Shown here: positions 39,201-48,043 of the stretch, in pieces | Numbering within the stretch: the first letter of the stretch is position 1 | How the letters are laid out: every line of letters begins with the position of its first letter | Source: Lingula anatina | Taxonomy: Eukaryota; Animalia; Brachiopoda | Direction: 5' to 3' | Length of the DNA: 64,000 nt | NCBI GenBank assembly: GCA_051362555.1 | Contig: CM120640.1 | Location: forward strand, 47,222,788 to 47,286,787 | Notes under the pieces: generated by a model | The model's database searches: none | What the model was told of the DNA's origin: nothing | The model's input: the letters and a program-made list of their open reading frames with translations, nothing else | Translations under genes and position numbers: made by a program

Positions 39201-41543
39201 TTTTCTTTCATGTACGTCCGCCATTTTTAGGTCACCGGCTTTGTAAAGCCTGGCTCAATTCGTTGAGAATCCGCTCTTAGCCTACTTAACAGACTTTGAG
39301 TTGACAACTTCCAATTTGGTGAGAGACATTGTTTTCTGCACACTGACTTTGACAGTCCATCTTAGGGATGTTTTTTGGCCAATGTTTAAATGTACAGTAA
39401 TTCATAATCAACAGTTGACAGTCTTATGTGGAACAAATCAAATGTGTATGTCAGCTGTTGTTGCATTTCCCACCCACTTACTCCTACAGTACTATAAAGT
39501 GCATATTTTAGCATGTGGGTCCTTTGAATTCTCATAATTTATATGTAATGGTTGCATAAAATGCAATTTAATGTAGAGTAGGTGTCGGTATAGATTACCA
39601 GCCTTCTAATGCTTTAATATTATATACAGATGGTGGTTTATTGCATCAGCTTGAATGGCATAAATGGCTTTTCATCATAAAGTTTTTATAAGTCAAATCT
39701 TTGAAGTATTTTTAAAAATCATTAAAAGATTTTAAGGCCATTGGTGTATATAAGCCAAAATAAGACAGGTTTTGTTGGTAATGGGAGGACAGGATAGATC
39801 TTTTTTGCTATAGATCTTTTTGCCATTATGTCTTAGTTGTTTTATTGACTGTTATTCAATCATCTTTCAGGAAATTACATTCCTTTGAATATAGATGCCC
39901 TTCCTTCATTTTGGCTGGCTTATATAGCAGATCCTAGTGATTCTGGAAAAATACATAGTAATATTAAGGAGCGATGGAATGCAGGTAGTGTATAACTTTC
40001 AGAAAAAGATTTTAGATAAAGCTAAGTAACAATTGAGTAAAGATAATTCATGTCACTATTTGGGACATCTAAAAATAAGTAAAAATTTGTAAATTAATTG
40101 GTTTTACTTTTTTGGATTGGATTTGAAATTTTAAATCATGTTAAAATGCCTAACATTTCTTTTTAGGGGATTCTGAAGTAATTGGTGCTATGCAAAGATT
40201 TGCTCAGATTACAGACAGTGCCAGGTAAATCAAATACACAAACACACCACACCAAGCATTGGCTGATTCAAGGGGCCCAGAAAGGGCAGAAACGGCACCC
40301 ATTCCTTTCCAAAAGAAATGATCTTATGATCTTGATCATGAGAGAAAGAGAGAGAGAGATAGAGAGAGAGGGAACTGATTTAATATACAGTCTTTTTGAT
40401 TTGAACTTTTTTGCTTTGTTCTAATATTTATTATTCTATTTTATGCTGCTAGAGAGAGCATTGAGCAACATGACTGGGAGAGACTGGCAGCACTAATGGA
40501 TGAGAACTTCGACCTTCGAAGGTACAACTTGATTAAGGAAGAAAAAATACTAATTACATACAAACTAAGATCTAATAAACAGAGATCTTAGATACAAATT
40601 AGACATTATAAAAAAAGTTTTAAGTTTTTACCAGTTAGGCAGGCTCACTATTATTTATGTATGGTTTATCCTGTCATCCTAAAATCTACTGTATAGTTAT
40701 GAGCAAAAAAATCACTTACAAAGTCAAGCATAAAGACTAGAAATTATCACTGAGACTGCTTGTACACCTTTAGTTCTATATGACAGAATTTCAGACCTTA
40801 ATAAACAATGATGCATAATCCTTAAAATGAAAAGAAATGTTACACCTTAAAAAAAGTCCATTTTTATCAATCAATCATTTTCATAATTAGACAGATATTT
40901 GGTGATGCTGCTCTTGGTGAGGCTAATTTAAGAATGGTGGAGATAGCTCGGCAGTTTGGCTCTGCTGTTAAATTTCCTGGTAGTGGTGGTGCTGTCATAG
41001 GACTGTGCCTGGATAAAAACAAAGTGGTAAGTTTGTGAAAATCGATATTTCTTAGTAGATTATTATTAAAGAATTATTTAAGAATTTTCTAAGAGCCTTT
41101 GGGTTACTTAGACTGGGTTCCCACAGATTTAGATCGATCCATCTGGATCGACTTAACTCCCTGGGGGTTCATGCTAAATTGCTATCAGCCGAGTGTGCAC
41201 GAAAGTTAATTACCCTTACAGCTTTTAGTAGGCAGGCAGACATTTAAGCCGGCTAAGCTTACAGCAATCTAGTGAGACTCCCGACGGGGATAGGTCAATC
41301 TAAAATCTGTTGGAATGCAGTCTTAAAGTTTATATTTATTGTGAAATATTTATTTCTACAAAAATGGGTCTAAATTTTACTTTACAGTCATGTCAACTAC
41401 TTTTTCTTTGAATGTTTACTTAGTTGTTCTTCAATTATTTAATTATTCATAATCTGTTTTAGACTGACATGATAACTGCATTCCAAACTGAAGGTTTTGT
41501 TGTATGCGAAATCCTACCTCATCCTGCTGAATCTTTATCATGA
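25747..41543 (+). CDS. gkup: Bifunctional glucuronokinase with N-terminal nucleotidyltransferase (putative uridyl pyrophosphorylase) domain; 21 exons
   Basis: Exons: 25747-25803, 27037-27137, 27375-27419, 27607-27693, 34316-34382, 34550-34689, 34926-35009, 35515-35671, 35946-36023, 36186-36280, 36495-36680, 37043-37111, 37510-37570, 37838-37912, 38193-38285, 38560-38620, 39871-39984, 40167-40224, 40453-40521, 40891-41026, 41463-41543. N-terminal NTP-transferase motifs: MICIILVAGHGT, VPKALLP, VAGDMLF, RGIVEV, FLEKP. C-terminal GHMP-kinase motifs: ARVGLFGNPSDGYYGKTIS, IPRQVGLAGSSA, AGLQDRVIQTYEG, KFPGSGGA. Confidence 0.93.
27878..29180 (+). repeat. Tandem array of ~161-167 bp monomers (~8 copies) inside element A
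   Basis: CCGATAACACGATAAG-type starts near 27878, 28039, 28200, 28364, 28529, 28692, 28859, 29019. Confidence 0.92.
29555..31402 (+). mobile_element. Second copy (element B) of the same Helentron/HINE family, nested inside element A
   Basis: Same 5' end (T-run plus TGTACAGACAC hairpin at 29561), ~4 copies of the 161-bp monomer, ~2 copies of the ~340-bp monomer, and the same 3' end GTCTGTACATTTGACAGCTTTGCTGCCTT at 31374-31402. Confidence 0.82.
30662..32950 (+). repeat. Tandem ~335-350 bp monomers (second internal array of the Helentron/HINE family)
   Basis: TTGGCATTTTC...GCATCAAAATTTGAAGAAACCCC...CAAACTTACAGGAAAGAAACATGGG units near 30662, 31013, 31412, 31750, 32087, degenerating towards 32950. 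Confidence 0.85.
33183..33273. repeat. (TA)n microsatellite
   Basis: Direct inspection. Confidence 0.95.
33320..33557 (+). mobile_element. Short, degenerate Helentron/DINE-like element of a different family, nested in element A
   Basis: 5' ...CTCTGCCAAGGAGGTCATATTTTCACC...GTTTGTCTGTC and 3' subterminal inverted repeat CCTTGGCAGAGG followed by hairpin GCACT-CTCAA-AGTGC and TTTTCTAG, the typical layout of this class. Confidence 0.65.
38723..39276. mobile_element. PIF/Harbinger-type MITE (554 bp) with ~130 bp TIRs, in gkup intron 16
   Basis: GAGCGGATTCTCAACGAATTGAGCCAGG... and ...CCTGGCTCAATTCGTTGAGAATCCGCTC, TTA on both flanks; near-perfect TIRs, CpG-rich. Confidence 0.92.
41111..41322. mobile_element. 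Older PIF/Harbinger-type MITE (212 bp), in the last gkup intron
   Basis: Imperfect TIRs GACTGGGTTCCCACAGATTTAGATCGA / TCAATCTAAAATCTGTTGGAATGCAGTC, TTA on both flanks. Confidence 0.7.
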
Positions 41544-42501
41544 CCAATTGGACAGCACTGCCGTATCAAGATAATCCATGTGTTTTAATAGTAAACAGAC
41601 TGTGCAAATTATAATTATCATACAATACAGTATCCATTGTTTTAAAATAATTAGGATATATATATATATATACCCTTGACGTTTTTTATAACAAGATGAA
41701 GTTAAATCATGTAGTCTGTAAAGTGATGGAAACTATTTATTTGTTTATTTATTTATTTATTTTGTGTATTAAATTGATCCTGAAAAACATCACACATGAG
41801 AAGCTAATCTTAAGTTGATTTAATTGAAATATATAAAAATGACATTGGTATTCATGTATAGTGGCAATTGTAATCAGTGAAAAAAAATACATTTCCATTA
41901 TATGCCACTTATACTTTTATAAAAATATAACAAAGTGAATCAATCAATAAAAAAAAAGATGTGGTAAAGCAAGAAGTTTGTCTTACAGAAAATGAAAAGA
42001 AACATGAAAAAAGTATATTCACATTTATTTTTATTTGTTTGTTACGTTTCATTTGTTTGTTGATTAAAAGGTTATCACAAACGTTTTAAGTGTATCCAAA
42101 GCTCAAAACTGAGCAACTTATTCAGATAAATTTAATATAACTAAAATCAGAGCACAATTTTAAAATGCATAGTTATGTTTTCTGTTTTATACCACAAAAT
42201 TAAAAGAAAGACTATATGGCAAGAAATTAAGTAAAATTTCCAACAAGACAATGAATACAGCAAATCTTTGTTGAGGAATATCAGTTGACTAGTGCTCTAA
42301 AATGGACTAGCAATGGTTTTGGGGACAGTCAAAGGCTTAAGGAAACGAGGAAATTTGTGTGCCGGAAGATGTATATTATTATTAAACCCAGAACTTTGAT
42401 GCTCTGAAGTCAAGTTTCCCTGTTGGCTCTTGGACACAAAAAAGGTATACTATACAGTGAATGATATTATTTACGTCCCTGAAAAGTGCCCTTAAAATGC
42501 A

Positions 42502-44906
42502 TTAAGAAGATTGCGTACACATTGTTGGCAATTTCAAGTCCGTGTTGTCAGAGTATATCTGTTTAGCACACGTTTCACTATCATAATTTCCAAAGGCATC
42601 AGCCTGAAGTATTAAAGACTTGCGGTCAGCGCCAACATAGAGTGCCTCTGCTAAATGCCGCTGTCCTGTTCTCCATAAGGCATTGACGAACTTATAAAAA
42701 GCATCATCATCTTTGCATTCCAATATGTCCAGAAGTTTAGAAGCTTTCCTGTGGTTAGTAGGCTCCAGACACACCGCGTTTCTCTCCGTCATGGTAAGGA
42801 TCCCGTCTTCCATCAGATAGTCGCAGATGAGTGGTGCAAGAAGAAGATCGTCCACCATCTGGCCGCGGCTGCATCTCAGAATGTACAGCTTTTCAAGAGG
42901 CATAGATCGACCTGTAGAACGGTCGGTTTGTATTTAATAATTTGTTTACATTTAGTCATTTATGTATATAATTATTAATAAATTGTTTGCTTGACTGGCA
43001 GGCATGAAGTGCTTAAACAATGCTTATGACAAGTTAACATGACAACTGTGTCAGGGCATGTCAAACAGCTACCAAACGCAAATTTTAGAAAACCCACAAA
43101 GTTTAATTTTTATTATAATCAGTGTGGTATGTAAGCTTCATATTAATACATATCATGAAATCACTGTGCAATCTTTCATTCTCAATACCTTCCATAACGG
43201 CCCGTAGTCCTACGGCAGATACAGCAGCTTTCAGTGCGTTCAAGTCGGCCCCCTTCAACCGCACCCATGTCTCCAGCATGAAGTAGATCTGTACTTCTCT
43301 CCCATGCTGCTCATATTTAATACGGATGTCATCGATTATCTTCTTTGGTAGTCTTAGATACACGGCAACTAAGATCCAAAGGTCACCTTAAAGAATAATA
43401 TCAGATCAAAGATAAAACTGTAGTCACTATGGATTCATCATAGAAATCACTGAATGTTGTAACTTAAGACTTGGACATATTATACGAGCCCAAGCTAATT
43501 ATCTTTTAAGACGTAGTGATAAGTAGTTTGATGAGGTTGAATGGAATCCAATCTATATTATCTATACGCATATTCAATATGAGAAGTAATGAAAGGGCAT
43601 GAGTAACTCAGTTTGGAAATTAGCACAAAAAAAAATTCTAAACCAGCACATCAACTTCATATTTCTGACTTGATTTTTTTTTTATTAAAAAAAAACATTT
43701 ACCTATTTTATCTTTCAGTTCCATAAACAGACCATGTAATTCTGATGGCACAATGTCTGCTGCGGGTTCACTAGATTGGTACTCGGGTGACTTCAGGTTC
43801 TGTACCTCCTTTAGTACCTGTTCTTGCGCGGCTTCCAGACTAGTCAGCTGTTGTTGCACGGTGGTTACAACATTCTTTACCTGCCGCTGCTCATGCTTGA
43901 CAAGACGGATAGTTTTATCGTGCTGATCACTTGCACGTTGAATTTCATCAAGTTTTACGCCATTTGCTTGGATTACCTCTCTTATAGAACCCAGAAGACT
44001 TCGTACTTGAATAGCGTCGATATTTTCCGTGTCGGCAGGTTTTGTCTCTGTTGGCATTGCCTCACGAAACGAGGTATTGTGGTCACAAGAGATCGTCCCG
44101 TCGCTTGCCCCTGTATCTTCGACCCTTTTACTAACAATTTTTTCTTGTGTATCGTTCTCATTGCCAAATGGGTCACCTTCGTTGAGCATTCGTTTCTGGG
44201 ACATTTGAAGAATGTCTGGAGACTGACACGCTGACCTCTTCAAGTTTGTAGCAATGGGTTTGCCCACTGTTTCGCCGGGATAACTTTTAGAATGTCGCCG
44301 AGCATTTTTAAACGAAAGGTTCCTTGGCGTAAATAGATCTAACGGTATGAAAGGCTGACTAACTATTGCCTCTCGAAAAGTCTGCGAAAAGTTCGGATCA
44401 TGAAAACCAACCCATTTGATCCTAGGTAATTTGCGACGTTTGGTGGTAAAAGTGGTGTCATCCACCAAAATTCCAATCACCCTGTTGGCATGTTTCTCAT
44501 ACTTCTCCAACATCAAACGGCACAAGTGACTTTCTCTGTTGCTCATATGCTTGCTTGAGAACAGAAAGACATGCACTGGTTTCGACGTACCGAAGACTTT
44601 AGGGTGGTACAGGCGTTCATCGTAAGTAGTGGAGTCAACTATGCATCCTCTGCTGTCGACTATAAAAACAGTCTTTTCTTTTTTCAGCCCTGGTTGAAAC
44701 TTCCACGATTTTACACCACTACCTCGAAGGGCTGCCATCAAGGATTTTTCAATGAAGTCTGCGTGAGCACTGTCGTCTTCATCATGGTATATGACCAGCT
44801 CGTATTTTCTAATTTTGTCGTCGTCTTTCTTTTTTGTGTCCGACAAATATGAAGCAATCTCGCAGCCATTCTCGTCATTGATTTTGCTGCGTTGTGCTTC
44901 TGCCAT
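42502..44906 (-). CDS. TIR-like / coiled-coil / Death domain / CARD multidomain protein (~603 aa, 3 coding exons); putative innate-immune or cell-death adaptor
   Basis: Exons 44906-43703, 43386-43189 and 42911-42502, joined by two phase-1 GT-AG introns in one frame. TIR-like: KYELVIYHDEDDSAHADFIEKSL...VFIVDSRG...HVFLFSSKHMS...NRVIGILVDD...IKWVGFHDPNFSQTFREAI. Heptad-rich segment LDEIQRAS...LKEVQNL. Death domain: LFMELKDKIGDLWILVAVYLRLPKKIIDDIRIKY...QIYFMLETWVRLKGADLNALKAAV. CARD: ILRCSRGQMVDDL...ICDYLMEDGILT...PTNHRKASKLLDILECKDDDAFYKFVNALWRTGQRHLAEAL. Confidence 0.82.
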
Positions 44907-45321
44907 CTGTAAACACAGATCACTACGTATGCCAATTTACAGAGATACAAAACTGCATGTTAACTCAAATTGATCTACGTATGGAAAAGATACGTTTCGT
45001 TTTGCCTGACTTAATAAAACGAACTACTTTTAATTATCGGGTGACTTATGGCATGATAGATAACGAATGCTCTCTACCGGGGTTTTAAACTGTACGAACT
45101 ATGGTAAAGCCCGTGCTAGCCCATATCTATGTTCTTATGCGTAGATCGCTTTGAAAGATATGAAATATTAGACAGATTGGCCCATATTTACTCAATGAAA
45201 AGCAATGTATTAAGCAAGGCCTCTGATATGATGGCATATTTTCTATGCAAAATGGCTGAGTTATTGATCTTGTATTACTACGCAGACATATCGATTAAAT
45301 GTCGTTTGGATAGCTGCAGAA

Positions 45322-45332
45322 GGGGAATCCCC
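45322..45332. promoter_or_regulatory. Palindromic NF-kappaB-like site GGGGAATCCCC in the putative first intron of the TIR-DD-CARD gene
   Basis: Matches the kappaB consensus GGGRNWYYCC and is self-complementary apart from the central base. Confidence 0.45.
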
Positions 45333-45894
45333 TGCCATTATTGATTTTTACATCCCCGTTTGTTTCACAATGTGTTAATTCGAATAAAAATAAAGAAAAA
45401 TTTAAAAAAATTAAGACTTTAATGATCTAGTTCAGGTGGTTTAATTATTCGTATGCAATACCATTAAATATTCATGCCTTTCTGCTGGTATGTATATTTT
45501 GGACATTCACGTGAGGACAAGCAGCTGTATTGCTTGCTGTCGTACGTTATATGAATGTAGCTTCCTAATATTTTTATGATAACTGTCCATTCCTTTTGCT
45601 GTTCGTATTTACATGAAGATTATCGAACGCTAAATAGCATTGATACCATTAGCATCGCGGTTTCTGGGCAAGACAAAACAAATCTTTCGAGGAACTATAG
45701 TGTAGGCTGTATTGGAGCAATATTGTCTGTCTGCGTGCAAGCTTGCTGTATATACATATGTTTACAGATTTTGTATTCTGTCATTCTATAAAGATTTCAT
45801 GCGATTTGATGAAGTAATTCAGGTACTGATTATGAACTTGATAAATGGTGAGTTTTCTTTTGGAAAAAAATAGATATAATGCTGGTGAACTTAC

Positions 45895-46072
45895 CTTGGT
45901 AGAGCAAGGGCGACATCAACCGACTCAGATATTCATTGATTCGATGTTCATAGGCGGGTTTAACTGCCCCGCGTAGCTGGGAATCGGCAATATGGTCACC
46001 TGTGTTCCATTGTCTCCGGGGCAGTCTGAGATCATCTGAGAATTCAGTTCTTAGGTCTACTATATATATATA
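45895..46072 (-). promoter_or_regulatory. Putative 5' non-coding exon and TATA-like element of the TIR-DD-CARD gene
   Basis: Strong donor CAAG|gtaagt at 45895; the coding exon begins with acceptor tttacag directly before ATG 44906; TATATATATATA at 46061-46072. Confidence 0.5.
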
Positions 46073-46623
46073 TGGCACTTTCTTGCTGAGCCATGTTCAG
46101 GGCACCACCAAAGTCACCTTGAAATGACGAATGGTTTCATTCCGTGATACGTGACGAGCACATATTGAATTGCCGTCGATTGTACAGTTAATTTCCCTTG
46201 CTATTTATTTATTTATTTATTTATTTAGTAGAAACTCCAATAAGGGATTACAGTTCAGTCCAGGTGTACATGTAAACTGAAAAGTGCAAGCCTTCTTTTT
46301 TCTAATAATTAAATTCCTGCGACAAAATGTTTAATTTACAGCCCCGCGGGTGTATTATGATGATGAAACAATTGTGTTCTCATGTCAGATAATTTGCAAT
46401 TTTTCCATCATTCGTGTATCACAAGTGACATTGCGATTTTCAGATCAATACCTACTGTAATGCTAATGTTTTTATGACGATAAGTTTGTTAATCGCCCAT
46501 CATGATGAGTCATGCACTAGAATGATTTAATTCTACTCTTTGCGTAAAAGCATGTTACTATGAAATAACTGGGGTTAGTAAATCATTTTTTCGTGCGGTA
46601 CAGGAACTATAAAAATAGGGAGC

Positions 46624-46670
<47 letters not shown>
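46624..46670. repeat. (TAT)n microsatellite
   Basis: Direct inspection. Confidence 0.9.
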
Positions 46671-46674
<4 letters not shown>

Positions 46675-48043
46675 GTTTCTTTTCACTAGTAAAGTGATAC
46701 CCAATTTAACGTGTTGGCTTACATTGCCCATATTTCAGATTTGTGCAAATCACACGTGTAGGCCCCATATTCCTATGCCGATTTCGAACACGACATTTAA
46801 GATCTGATAGTCAATTTTGAAACCCGGTTGACTTCAACCATTTGTGTGGTGCACAGTGGTAGAGTAAGTGATATCGATCTGTATACGTCTTTTTCAAGAC
46901 TATCCATTCATGAGTCTGTGCTCTGTTTTAGGTGATTTTAAACCGCATACAATATAACATTCTACTTACTGATTCACTCACACTTTACAGAAGCAAATTT
47001 TTTTAACTTTATCTATTTCGTTTCATTTAGTTTCTTATATTACACAGCTACAGAGTGCGCTAGTAGTCTGCAACAAAATTATTGCATCGCTCTGATACTT
47101 AAATTTTGGATATTATTTCAGAATCTTCTGATATCAGAGGGTATTACATAGGACTGCAATTGAAATGATCATTTTTTCATCCAAATTCTTGCTTCCTCGA
47201 TGCACCTTACTGGCAAAGTGTAACAAGTGTCTTCCCCTGTGTCCCGTACTTTGTATAGACACTTTTCAATCATCCCTAATTAATAACAGAGCTTTTCTTT
47301 AGATATAATTTCTCATTCACTGAGATGGCGTTAAATACTAGTCATTTCTAAATATCATTTTGAAAGGTAAACTGTCCGTTTGTTTTCCCATCACCAGCGA
47401 GCCGAACCTTAAATGATCAATAACACTTAAAATGCCAATGTTAACATGGTGCGTGCGTCTTGAGGCCTGCATTGATTATCGGGAAATTAAATGCTTAATC
47501 TTTAAGAATGATTGATATAAAGCTTAATCAATGAATGGTATAAATAATACATTTTGTGCATACTACAGCCTGTAGGGGGTATTGTCCACGATGTTGTGCT
47601 TAATTAACGTCCTTGGATACGTATAACGCGAGCGTTCGTTGATGTTATTAAAAGATACCCCTAATCAGTGATGTTATGAGAAGAGGTCCACATAGTCCTG
47701 ATCCTCATGATAAAGTGACATGGACAAGGACCTGTACTGGGTGATGGAGGAATGTCCAGCACCGTTATGGTCAGAGTGTGCCGGACAGCGATGACCTGAT
47801 GATTAGTGACTTGGTGGCGGTGGCACTGTTATCGCGTGATATTGTGTCGGAGACTTCTGTACTACAATTTTTGCTTATGTATCACGTTATCATAATTCAC
47901 AAGACAAGTGCCAGCGTTAACTAAAGCGAGCACAGGAACATAAACGTGCCCTAGAGTCAACCAACTACTAGTATTATTTTCTCTGACGTTGATAACGTCG
48001 TTGGAAGTTTGAAAGATTACCTCTGCTGTACGTTAACGTAACC

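Noticed and set aside
42502-43363. Separate small CARD-only and DD-only genes, as the ORF track suggests
   Set aside because: Both are preceded by acceptors and join the upstream exon in frame through phase-1 introns, so one gene is more parsimonious.
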